From: Candidatus Sungiibacteriota bacterium
Lineage (GTDB): Bacteria > Patescibacteriota > Minisyncoccia > Sungbacterales > HO2-52-23
Direction of reading: 5' to 3'
Length of the DNA stretch: 64,000 bases
NCBI GenBank assembly: GCA_016432465.1
Contig: CP066690.1
Location: forward strand, 590,823-654,822
Numbering within the stretch: the stretch's first letter is position 1; each line of letters begins with the position of its first letter. Made by a program: the position numbers and the translations under genes. The notes under the pieces were generated by a model. That model was not told where the DNA came from, did no database searches, and saw only the letters and a list, made by a program, of their open reading frames with translations. Of this stretch, positions 48,072 to 56,787 are shown one piece after another.

Positions 48072-49069
48072 GAAATATATCGGAACTTCGTCAGGATATT
48101 GCATCTCAAGACTGGGTAGTGATTGCTACTGGACGTGCCAAACGTCCGCATGAATTTTTGAAACAAAAACGGGCGCCTTTTGTTCAGCCGCGTAGCCTCT
48201 GTCCCTTTGAGAAGCTTCACTCCGATGCTCTGTCGGTTTATTCCAAAGATGGCGAACGGGGAAAAGAAAATTGGTGGGTGGAAGTAATCCCCAACAAATA
48301 TCCGGCTTTTGGTAAGGGTCTATGCGCTGTTTTTCGTAAAGTGGGACCCTATCAACGGACCGACGGCGTGGGGTTCCACGAGGTAGTAATTACACGGGGG
48401 CACGAACGGTCTCTTGCCCAGATGTCTGACGAAGAAGCTGAACTTATGGTGCGCGCCTATCAGGACCGCTATCTTGCCCTTAAGGATGAGGAATGTGTTG
48501 AGTACATATCTATATTTCATAATCACGGCCTTCTGGCCGGGGCTACCCTTTCTCATCCTCATTCCCAGATAATTGCTATACCGGTTATACCCGGCGACGT
48601 TGAAAGAAGTTTAAGCGGATCAACCCGATACTTTCATACGCATAAGACCTGTTTGGGTTGTGTTGTTATACGCTACGAACTCAAGGCCAGGGACAGGATT
48701 ATTTATGAAAATAACGACTACGTGGTTATCGCGCCCTACGCCTCCAAAACGGCTTTTGAAATACGAATTTCCCCCAAACGCCACAACCCCCATTTTGAAG
48801 TGATGACATCCCAAGAGCGTTTTGGTTTTGCCAACGCCCTGCGAGTGGTTTTGAAGAAGCTACATAAAGGACTGAGAAATCCTGACTATAATTTTTTTCT
48901 ACACACCGCGCCTACGGGGGATTCCAAAGAATTTCGCCACTACCACTGGCATCTTGAGATTTTGCCCAAAACCGCGATCTGGGCGGGATTTGAAATAGGA
49001 ACGGGCATTGAAATATCAACCATTACCCCTGAAACGGCGGCCCAGTTTCTCAAAAAGATAAAAGTATGA
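48068..49069 (+). CDS. galT: Galactose-1-phosphate uridylyltransferase family
   Basis: RAKRP, CPF, NKYPA, GATLSHPHSQ. Confidence 0.9.
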   Translation: MRNISELRQDIASQDWVVIATGRAKRPHEFLKQKRAPFVQPRSLCPFEKLHSDALSVYSKDGERGKENWWVEVIPNKYPAFGKGLCAVFRKVGPYQRTDGVGFHEVVITRGHERSLAQMSDEEAELMVRAYQDRYLALKDEECVEYISIFHNHGLLAGATLSHPHSQIIAIPVIPGDVERSLSGSTRYFHTHKTCLGCVVIRYELKARDRIIYENNDYVVIAPYASKTAFEIRISPKRHNPHFEVMTSQERFGFANALRVVLKKLHKGLRNPDYNFFLHTAPTGDSKEFRHYHWHLEILPKTAIWAGFEIGTGIEISTITPETAAQFLKKIKV

Positions 49070-49821
49070 GCAAAAAAGTTATTATTGCCAACTGGAAAGT
49101 CAACCCTCCATCCGTAAAAGAGGCGGTTTTGCTTGCGCAAAAAACTGAACGAGAAATTTCTAAATCTCGAAATGTTGAGGTAATCATAGCGCCGCCTTTC
49201 CCGTTTCTCGCCGCAGTCGGGGGGGTCCTAAAAAAGTCAAAGTTGGGCGCACAGGACGCATTTTGGACAGATGGTCCTTATACCGGAGAGGTTTCTCCGA
49301 CACAGCTTAAAAATATTGGCGCAAAGTATATCATTTTAGGCCACTCGGAACGAAAAATACATTTAGGCGAGACCGATAGCCTAATTAACAAAAAAGTTCA
49401 CGCAGTATTGGAAAGCGGCTTGGGGGCTATTCTCTGTGTGGGTGAGCGGGAAAGAGTTGGTAGTGAAATTCCCCAGATTGTCGGGGAACAGCTTAAAAAC
49501 GCCCTTAAGAACACAAAGACCGGTTTAGTAAAAAATTTGGTTGTTGTCTACGAGCCAATTTGGGCCATAAGTACTATGCCGGGCGCAAAATCCGACACCC
49601 CGGATAGTGCCTTTCGTGCCTTGCTGTATATACGCCGTGTTCTCTCTGAACTTTATGGACGCAGGACGGCGGATACGATCCGTATTCTTTATGGCGGTTC
49701 GGTTAATTCCGCTAACGCAGGAGGATTTATACACGAAGGGAAAATGCAGGGGGCGCTGGTTGGCGGAGCCAGTTTAAAGCCTAAAGAGTTTGCCTTGATA
49801 GTTCGTGAGGTTAGTCGTTAG
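49066..49821 (+). CDS. tpiA: Triosephosphate isomerase
   Basis: ANWK, GHSER, YEPIWAI, YGGSV, LVGGASL. Confidence 0.97.
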   Translation: MSKKVIIANWKVNPPSVKEAVLLAQKTEREISKSRNVEVIIAPPFPFLAAVGGVLKKSKLGAQDAFWTDGPYTGEVSPTQLKNIGAKYIILGHSERKIHLGETDSLINKKVHAVLESGLGAILCVGERERVGSEIPQIVGEQLKNALKNTKTGLVKNLVVVYEPIWAISTMPGAKSDTPDSAFRALLYIRRVLSELYGRRTADTIRILYGGSVNSANAGGFIHEGKMQGALVGGASLKPKEFALIVREVSR

Positions 49822-51046
49822 AGCGATACAATTTTACTGCCCGTAACCAATGGGCAATGGCCTTTTTTAATGGAAGAATCTTACGAAGATAGTTAAGCTC
49901 CACAAGAATTTTTATAATCCATCCAATAAATCCGGACAGACGGAGGATAACCAGGTCCGCCACGGCATATTTTTTTCCAACGGTCAGAACAAATGGATAT
50001 TTTCGTGAGGGCCGGAAGGCGGTTTTTTTTCGTCCGGATATTTCACGTATGATATTCCGGACGGCAACTTTCGCTTCCGCCTCGGCTACAGGCACGTTCC
50101 AGATAAGCAGTTTACCGGTAGCTGGGTTGATAAACCCGGCGTTATCTCCTATCGCAAACACACGCGGTTCTACCTCAAGGTATTGATTTACGGCAAGCGT
50201 TTCTTTGGGCGTGAGAGGAAGCCCGAGTGTTTTAAAAAGTGAGAGCCCGGTTACGCCACCGGTCCAGATAAAAATATCGTATGCTAACCGCGTATTGTCT
50301 TTGCCAGTAATCTCTTGGGAGGTAACGTTGGCAACAGTAAAGTTAGTTTTTGTTTCAATGCCAAGTTTAGCGAGCCTCTTTCTGACGAGACCAATGGACC
50401 AATTGTCAAATCCCGGCATAATTTCGGGTGAAGCCTCCACCACCAGAAGTCTTACTTGGCAGAGGGCGTGATTTTTAACCAGTTTTTTTTGCAGGCTGCA
50501 GATAAAATTTGAAAGTTCAGCTATAACCTCAATACCCGTTGAACCGGCGCCGCCAACAACGATAGTGATGGGGCGATTTTGTTCAAGCAGGGCCTCAATT
50601 TTATTGCGGATACGCAATGCGTCCCGAAAACCCTTCAGCGGATAGGAGTTTTCTTTAAGACCGGGAATGTTGAAGTAGTTGGTTTCGGACCCGAGCGCCA
50701 CGAGCAAATATTCAAAAGGCACTGCCCCCGCGTTTTTGACAACAACGGCCCGCCGTATCTTATCCAAACCGATGATTTCTCCCTGTATAAATTTTATCTC
50801 CCGGCCGTAGATTATGTCCTCTACAGGTATCACAATGGCGGATTTTAGTTTAAAGCCGTGCGCTTCCTCTTTGGGGATTGCGGAAATCTCATAAAGCGCG
50901 GGGGTGAAAAGGTGATAGTAGTTTTTGTCTACTAGAACTACTTCATATTCCTGATATTTTTTGATGAGACGGGCTAGTTTTAGCGCGGCAGTTATTCCCC
51001 CGAATCCTGCCCCCAAAATAACTATTTTTTGTTTGTTATTTACCAT
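49811..51046 (-). CDS. Type II NADH dehydrogenase-like FAD oxidoreductase
   Basis: GAGFGG, GAGSTGIE, WTGGV, FAIGD. Confidence 0.88.
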   Translation of the reverse strand: MVNNKQKIVILGAGFGGITAALKLARLIKKYQEYEVVLVDKNYYHLFTPALYEISAIPKEEAHGFKLKSAIVIPVEDIIYGREIKFIQGEIIGLDKIRRAVVVKNAGAVPFEYLLVALGSETNYFNIPGLKENSYPLKGFRDALRIRNKIEALLEQNRPITIVVGGAGSTGIEVIAELSNFICSLQKKLVKNHALCQVRLLVVEASPEIMPGFDNWSIGLVRKRLAKLGIETKTNFTVANVTSQEITGKDNTRLAYDIFIWTGGVTGLSLFKTLGLPLTPKETLAVNQYLEVEPRVFAIGDNAGFINPATGKLLIWNVPVAEAEAKVAVRNIIREISGRKKTAFRPSRKYPFVLTVGKKYAVADLVILRLSGFIGWIIKILVELNYLRKILPLKKAIAHWLRAVKLYRSND

Positions 51047-51083
51047 TAGTGACATTATACCAAAGTTAGATTAGAATGAAAAA

Positions 51084-51872
51084 ATGTGGTATAGCAACGC
51101 AGAACAGTTTAAGGGTTTAAACGGATACGTAATAAACGGTGTTTGGTATCCGCGTGTAACCAAAATTTTAGACGTTAAAGCCAAACCCGCCTTGGATAAT
51201 TTCTTGCGTGAGATGGAAAACTACGCCTCCGCCGAGGATGTTAAGAACAGATCTGCTGCCGAGGGGTCGTTGGTGCATGATATCATTGAGAAACTGATGG
51301 TGGGCAGTATAGTAGAGGTGCCTCCTGAAATAAAGCCGGCTGTAGAGACATTTCAGCGCTTTAACGAAGAAAGAAAGATTGTTTTCCAACCGGATTTTGT
51401 GGAACGTCAAATTTTATCATTGCAACATCGTTATGCGGGTACGGTGGACGCCTTGGCCCTTGTTGACGGTAAGTTTGGTGTTTTGGACATAAAAACCTCC
51501 ACGGGGTTTTATCCGGAGTACAATCTTCAGACCGCCGCTTACGTCTCGGCGCTTCAAGAGTTTGAAGTAAAGCGAAATTTCATGCTGCCTCGCGATATTG
51601 AGACACGCTGGATTTTAAGAATTAACCAGCACCGTATTTGCAACAGATGCGGCGCAACACTCCGTGAAAAAGGGGGCAGGAGCAAGGTACGGAATGGCAA
51701 AAACAGAAGCGGTTCCTGTCCAGACGAAAATCACGAGTGGGGATCCATGGTGGGAGATGTGGAGCTTCGGGAATTCCCTTATTTTTATAAGGACATTAAG
51801 GCTTTTATGGCGGCCAAAATTCTCTGGGAGTGGGAAAATGATTATTGGCTTAGACAAATTAAGTATATATAA
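51084..51872 (+). CDS. PD-(D/E)XK nuclease-like protein with possible Zn-binding insertion
   Basis: YPRVTKIL, GSLVH, YAGTVD, DIKTS, QTAAY, CNRC. Confidence 0.8.
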   Translation: MWYSNAEQFKGLNGYVINGVWYPRVTKILDVKAKPALDNFLREMENYASAEDVKNRSAAEGSLVHDIIEKLMVGSIVEVPPEIKPAVETFQRFNEERKIVFQPDFVERQILSLQHRYAGTVDALALVDGKFGVLDIKTSTGFYPEYNLQTAAYVSALQEFEVKRNFMLPRDIETRWILRINQHRICNRCGATLREKGGRSKVRNGKNRSGSCPDENHEWGSMVGDVELREFPYFYKDIKAFMAAKILWEWENDYWLRQIKYI

Positions 51873-51876
51873 GTCA

Positions 51877-52311
51877 ATGGAAAAATTTATCGTTTATACT
51901 GATGGGGGAGCGAGGGGAAATCCGGGGCCAGCCGCTATTGGCGCAGTTATTAAGGATTCTTCCGGCCGGACGCTCAAGAGTTACGGCGAGGCGATTGGAA
52001 AAGCAACTAATAACGAGGCCGAGTACCGGGCGGTTATTTTTGCTCTGCAAAAAATAAAGGCCCTTATTGGTAAAGAGGGCACCAAAAAACTCACGGTTGA
52101 AGTAAATATGGATAGTGAGCTGGTGGCGCGCCAACTGGGCGGCGAATACAAGATAGAGGAGGAACGACTTTTTCCGCACTTCATCAAGGTATGGAATCTT
52201 AAAATTGATTTTGGGAAAATCATTTTTCGTCATGTTCCTCGGGAGAAAAATAAAGAAGCGGACCGATTGGTAAATGAAGCTCTAGACAGGCGACAGAGGC
52301 CACTTTTATAG
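51877..52311 (+). CDS. rnhA: Ribonuclease HI
   Basis: YTDGGARGNPGPA, TNNEAEY, DSELV, HVPREKNKEAD. Confidence 0.93.
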   Translation: MEKFIVYTDGGARGNPGPAAIGAVIKDSSGRTLKSYGEAIGKATNNEAEYRAVIFALQKIKALIGKEGTKKLTVEVNMDSELVARQLGGEYKIEEERLFPHFIKVWNLKIDFGKIIFRHVPREKNKEADRLVNEALDRRQRPLL

Positions 52312-52324
52312 CAAAACCCACTCA

Positions 52325-52362
52325 TTGTTAACACATTATTCGATCAAACAGTATGTTAACAA
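52325..52362. repeat. 38-bp imperfect palindrome, left flank
   Basis: TTGTTAACACATTATTCGATCAAACAGTATGTTAACAA. Confidence 0.8.
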
Positions 52363-52977
52363 ATGCCCAAAACAGATATGACGTTAAAACCGAACTTTAC
52401 TGAAAAAATACTGGAATTTCTGCAAGAACGGGCGGAAATTTCTGTAGACATGCTTAAAGCGATGTTTTTATCACCGCGTGAACTCTCGCGGGATACCAGA
52501 CGGTTTTTGACTTATGGACCCCGGCCCTTTAAAACGAGCTGGGCTGAACAGTATCGTAAACACAGAGTTTATGCAGCTACTCTGAGCAGGCTTAAACGAC
52601 AAGGTTTAGTGACAAAGAAGAGGCAAAATGGCAGCAGCATGTGGCGTATCACAAAGAAAGGGAGTACTAGGCTAGAAAAGATTAAAAAGAGACACAAAAA
52701 TCCACTCTCACTTACCACGGCCCATTTTAAACCGGCCCGTGAACGTTGTTGGGTGATTATAACTTATGATATTCCCGAAAAAGAGAAGGCAAAACGAGGG
52801 TGGCTACGGGGTTGCTTAAAATCGCTTCAATTCTCTTTTCTCCAGAAAAGTGTGTGGATAGGAAACAGAATGATCCCAGAAGATTTTATCAAGGCCCTCA
52901 AAGAGCGCAACATACTTTCCGGCGTGCATATTTTTCTAATAAAGAAGGGCGGCACGATTGAACAGCTTCCTTCATAG
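52363..52977 (+). CDS. PaaX-like protein (wHTH plus Cas2-like domain)
   Basis: ATLSRLKRQGLV..WRITKKG wHTH, then WVIITYDIPE..R..LR..L..LQKSVWI. Confidence 0.8.
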   Translation: MPKTDMTLKPNFTEKILEFLQERAEISVDMLKAMFLSPRELSRDTRRFLTYGPRPFKTSWAEQYRKHRVYAATLSRLKRQGLVTKKRQNGSSMWRITKKGSTRLEKIKKRHKNPLSLTTAHFKPARERCWVIITYDIPEKEKAKRGWLRGCLKSLQFSFLQKSVWIGNRMIPEDFIKALKERNILSGVHIFLIKKGGTIEQLPS

Positions 52978-52980
52978 ATA

Positions 52981-53018
52981 TTGTTAACACTACGTTCGAT
53001 CGAACGTAGTGTTAACAT
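52981..53018. repeat. 38-bp unit with 36-bp perfect palindrome, right flank
   Basis: TGTTAACACTACGTTCGA|TCGAACGTAGTGTTAACA. Confidence 0.9.
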
Positions 53019-53060
53019 GGGGCTGGACAAAAGATAATAGGGTTTGCTATAATACTATTG

Positions 53061-53565
53061 GTTCTTTCCACTGGGTGATCGCGCCGCTTAATATATTGAG
53101 TGGTGAGGAAAGTCCGAGCACCATCCCGCTTTCAGTGGGATAGAGATAGCGGCTAACAGCCGCCATGACCGGGAAACCAAGCACTCAACTTTCAGAGTTG
53201 AGTGCTCGGCCGAGCACTAAAATTTCATTTTAGTGCTTTGGGTGTCACAGAAACCATACCGCCGATCGTCACCATCTTTGGTCTAAAGCCAAAGGCGATG
53301 AAGGAGGCAAGGGTGAAAAGAGTGAGGTAAAAGCTCACAGCGCGCGTTGGCAACAATGCGCGGTGAAAAACTCCTATCCGGTGCAAGAGGATACCGTATT
53401 GTACGGTAACACTCGCTTGACCCCAAGAGTAATCAAGGGGCTAGATAGATGATCACCGCTTGCGCAATCCCCGACGACTAATTACTAATTTCCAATTTTG
53501 GGAGTTCTAAGTTAGAAATTGGCAGTTGCGTTAGCAACAGAACTCGGCTTATAGGTGGAAGGAAC
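53061..53565 (+). ncRNA. rnpB: RNase P RNA with helix expansions
   Basis: GAGGAAAGTCCG and AACAGAACTCGGCTTAT P4 strands, P1 GTTCTTTCCAC/GTGGAAGGAAC, promoter TGGACA-18-TATAAT (53024-53053). Confidence 0.95.
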
Positions 53566-53607
53566 AAAACAAAATAACTCGCACTGCGAGTTATTTTGTT
53601 TTGTTCC
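53561..53607. terminator. Bidirectional terminator
   Basis: GGAACAAAACAAAATAACTCGCA-C-TGCGAGTTATTTTGTTTTGTTCC. Confidence 0.8.
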
Positions 53608-53622
53608 TTAGTAGACTAATTA

Positions 53623-53844
53623 TTATAGTAGTGAAATATCAATTTTTTTCCCGCCCCTTTTATTTTTTGAATTTTCAATCCTCCGCAAAAAAAGTTCTAT
53701 CTGATCAAGCCGATAGACGCGGTAGTTATTTATCGGATGACGGTATGCGCTAAGATTACCTTTTTTGTCCCAGTTGCGAAGTGTCAAGGGGGTAACCCCT
53801 AAAATTTGGGCTGCTTCTTGTATTGTAAGGTATTTTCGCTCCAT
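53623..53844 (-). CDS. MerR/excisionase-like HTH protein
   Basis: LTIQEAAQILGVTPLTLRNWD..G..RHPINNYRVY. Confidence 0.88.
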   Translation of the reverse strand: MERKYLTIQEAAQILGVTPLTLRNWDKKGNLSAYRHPINNYRVYRLDQIELFLRRIENSKNKRGGKKIDISLL

Positions 53845-53853
53845 TTAATACTT

Positions 53854-53899
53854 TACTAAACCTTAATAACTTAGGCGCCTAAGTTATTAAGGTTTAGTA
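53854..53899. repeat. 46-bp perfect palindrome
   Basis: TACTAAACCTTAATAACTTAGGC|GCCTAAGTTATTAAGGTTTAGTA. Confidence 0.9.
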
Positions 53900-54060
53900 G
53901 CTAAGAGTAATCTTTTTTCTGTGCTTTTTTCTCTCTTTCATTTTCGTTCCCAACGAGGTTGGGGTCAATGTGGGTTATCCACAGCATGTTTAAGTAAATA
54001 CTCACAAGTACTGAACCGTAATGGTTTGCCCTTGATGGCAAAACGCGCTATCATACGAGA

Positions 54061-54309
54061 ATGAATACCATTACTATTCCCACAAAGAAAATTAAAAAAG
54101 AAGGGGGGATTGTGGTCCTTTCCTTGGAGGAGTATAGAAAGCTGTCCGAACGAGCAGTGCCGACCTATTATTTAAAAGGGAAAGCAGCTAAGAAGTTTGA
54201 CAGGATGGTGGAGGCGGGACTTAAGGAGTATAGGGAAGGCAAGACAATTAGCGCCCGATCTCTTGGTGAGGCCATGAAAATCTATGCCAAGAAAAATAAG
54301 AGGAGTTAA
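54061..54309 (+). CDS. Orphan antitoxin-like protein
   Basis: ITIP..VVLSLEEY..L, GLKEYREGKT. N-terminus resembles the 8362 ORF. Confidence 0.6.
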   Translation: MNTITIPTKKIKKEGGIVVLSLEEYRKLSERAVPTYYLKGKAAKKFDRMVEAGLKEYREGKTISARSLGEAMKIYAKKNKRS

Positions 54310-54373
54310 ATACTCTTTGAAAAGATGATTCCCCTGCACACCAAGGTTAAACCTTATTGTTACTATTAAATTC

Positions 54374-56764
54374 ATGGACCAACCTATAAACCGTTTTGAG
54401 TACGCGGCTAAAATAGTACTGTATGTTGTGGCGGTGTTACTGCCGCTTTGGGTTTTTCCTATACAAATTTCGGCCGATTTTGGACGGGAGGTTGTTTTGG
54501 GAGCACTGGTTGTAGTTTCCGCAGTTCTGGGGCTAATCTCTATCCTTACTAAGGGAGAGATTTATTACCGACGCTCGCCGATTCTCTGGGCGGCAGCAGC
54601 GCTTCTTTTGGTATTTGGTATAAGCACTATTCTTTCCAGGTCCCCCATGATTTCTCTGCTTTTGGCGGACGCTTCCACCGAAAAGCTTTCCACCCTGATT
54701 TTGGGTGTCCTACTCATGATTCTTTTGGGATCGCTTTTTAGATCACGTTCCGAAGCCGGAGCATTTATACTGCTTCTTGTGTTTTCCTCCGCACTTTTGG
54801 GTGTGCTTACAGTCATTCAATTTTTGTTTGACTTTTCTCTTTACCGCTTAATGTTGCCTGCTGTAGCCAACGGTATTGGTTTTAGTCCCATAGGACCAAC
54901 TAATAGTCTTGCGCTTTACTACGCCGCCTTATTTATTCTTACCGTTGTATTTTTGCTGGCCCCACCCGAAGGTTGGAAGTCATGGGTTCGTTATGTTCTT
55001 ATGCTGGCTGCGGCAGTTTTTCTGTTTAATCTGTTCCTCATACACTATCGTATTGCCTGGATAGTGCTTTTGGGTTCGGGAATTTTTCTGTTTGGACTGC
55101 TGTCAAAAACTCTGGGCATGAAAGACGGGAGAGGGGAGGTTTCGTGGCGCTACTGGTTCGCTTTGGCGCTTTTGGTGCTTTCCATTGTTATGGTTATGAT
55201 ACGCGGTCCAGTTTTTGTTAAAGTGGGATTTCCGGCAGAAGTTGCACCTTCGCTTTCTGGAACTTGGCGCGTGGTTAGTAACGTCTTCAAAGAAGGAGTA
55301 AGGCCGCTACTGCTGGGATCAGGTCCCGGCACTTTTGCCGTAGACTGGCAATTATATAAAGACCCCGCCGTCAACCAGACTATTTTCTGGAACGTACGAT
55401 TTAATCAAGGAAATTCGTTGGTTGCCACGCTTCCCGCAACTGTGGGGATTTTGGGATTGCTGGCCTTTCTCGGGTTTACGGGTGTCTCTATTTTTCTCTT
55501 TTTGCGGTACCTCCTGCTTTCCAAAACAGAAGAGGGCGCTTTACCCCGAAGCACCTTTTTAGCTTTTGTGGCCGCGGTTCTGGCTATATTTCTTTATCCC
55601 GCGAATCTAACCATTATTATTTTACTATTTGTGGCCTTGGGCCTTCTTCACGTTTTAATGAGCGGGGGCGGCAGCGGATTTTGGAGCATTCGTGAAAAAA
55701 CAATTTCTTTTAAAACGCCCGGGTCTCTTTTTAGCTCTTCGCTGATTATTATCTTTTTTCTGGCCCTCGGCATTGCCGTGCTTTACATGCAGGTGGGACG
55801 CATAAGAGCGGCCGTGGCCACCCGGCAGGGCTTTGTGGAACTTAATCGTGGGTCGGTTGAGGAAGCTATTTCTAAGCTGGAGAGCGCCGTATCTTTTGAC
55901 GAACGACACTACGCTTATCATCAAAATTTGGTTATTGCCCGTATGGAAAAAATACGCAGTATCATACAGCGTGCCTCTAAAGGAGAGGATGTTCAGCAGG
56001 AATTTCAAAACACGGTTTCCTCGGCAGTACAAAGTTTGCAGCGGGCCACTGACCTTAATCCGTCAGAAGCATCTCTGTGGAGACAGCAGGGTGCATTTTA
56101 CGAGCTGATCATTCCTTTTATTCAAGGCGCAGAACGGTTTTCTTTTGAGGGGTATAGAAAAGCCGCAGAACTTGACCCCCTGGATCCCTCAATTTGGACC
56201 GAATGGGGACGATCCGGCATTGTTTTTGCCGATCGGATACAGATAGCTATGGATCAAGCCAAGAAAGCAGAACGGGAATCCTTGGGTCAGGCCCGCGTTT
56301 CCGTGCTTCGCGAATCGGAGCAGCTCCTTAAAAAGGCAGTCGGGGTAAAACCAGATTTTGCGCAGGCGCATTTTCTTCTGGCGCAGATCGCTTTGAGGCT
56401 CGGAGACGCCGGCTCTGCCGTAAAAAGCGTTGAAGCGGCAAAGTTAACTGCACCGTTTGATATAGGTATTGCGTTTCAGCTGGGGCTTCTTTACTATCAG
56501 AACAATGACTTTGATCGGGCCGAGGCGGAATTTAAAAGGGCTCTCTCGTTAAATCAGGATTATTCCAATGCCCGTTATTTCCTGGGCCTTATTTATGCTC
56601 GTCGCGGCAACAAAGAGGCGGCCATAAAAGAATTTGAAAGAGTGTTGACGTTTAATCCTAATAATCAGGAGGTACGCAAAATTTTGTCTAACCTGCGAGG
56701 TGGAAAGCGGGCGCTAGAGGGTATTGTGCCGCTTGAAAGTAGAAAAGAGGCGCCCGTGCGCTAG
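54374..56764 (+). CDS. Polytopic membrane protein (O-antigen ligase-like) with C-terminal TPRs
   Basis: Many TM segments, LLGSGPGTF, TVGILG, TPR helices. Confidence 0.8.
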   Translation: MDQPINRFEYAAKIVLYVVAVLLPLWVFPIQISADFGREVVLGALVVVSAVLGLISILTKGEIYYRRSPILWAAAALLLVFGISTILSRSPMISLLLADASTEKLSTLILGVLLMILLGSLFRSRSEAGAFILLLVFSSALLGVLTVIQFLFDFSLYRLMLPAVANGIGFSPIGPTNSLALYYAALFILTVVFLLAPPEGWKSWVRYVLMLAAAVFLFNLFLIHYRIAWIVLLGSGIFLFGLLSKTLGMKDGRGEVSWRYWFALALLVLSIVMVMIRGPVFVKVGFPAEVAPSLSGTWRVVSNVFKEGVRPLLLGSGPGTFAVDWQLYKDPAVNQTIFWNVRFNQGNSLVATLPATVGILGLLAFLGFTGVSIFLFLRYLLLSKTEEGALPRSTFLAFVAAVLAIFLYPANLTIIILLFVALGLLHVLMSGGGSGFWSIREKTISFKTPGSLFSSSLIIIFFLALGIAVLYMQVGRIRAAVATRQGFVELNRGSVEEAISKLESAVSFDERHYAYHQNLVIARMEKIRSIIQRASKGEDVQQEFQNTVSSAVQSLQRATDLNPSEASLWRQQGAFYELIIPFIQGAERFSFEGYRKAAELDPLDPSIWTEWGRSGIVFADRIQIAMDQAKKAERESLGQARVSVLRESEQLLKKAVGVKPDFAQAHFLLAQIALRLGDAGSAVKSVEAAKLTAPFDIGIAFQLGLLYYQNNDFDRAEAEFKRALSLNQDYSNARYFLGLIYARRGNKEAAIKEFERVLTFNPNNQEVRKILSNLRGGKRALEGIVPLESRKEAPVR

Positions 56765-56787
56765 GTCTTAAGTATTTTGGAATTTTA

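Noticed and set aside
52325-53018. CRISPR array near the Cas2-like gene
   Set aside because: There are only two units, separated by a 615-bp ORF, with no spacer series and no cas1.
53623-54309. Prophage or ICE remnant
   Set aside because: No integrase, att repeats or phage genes in the window.
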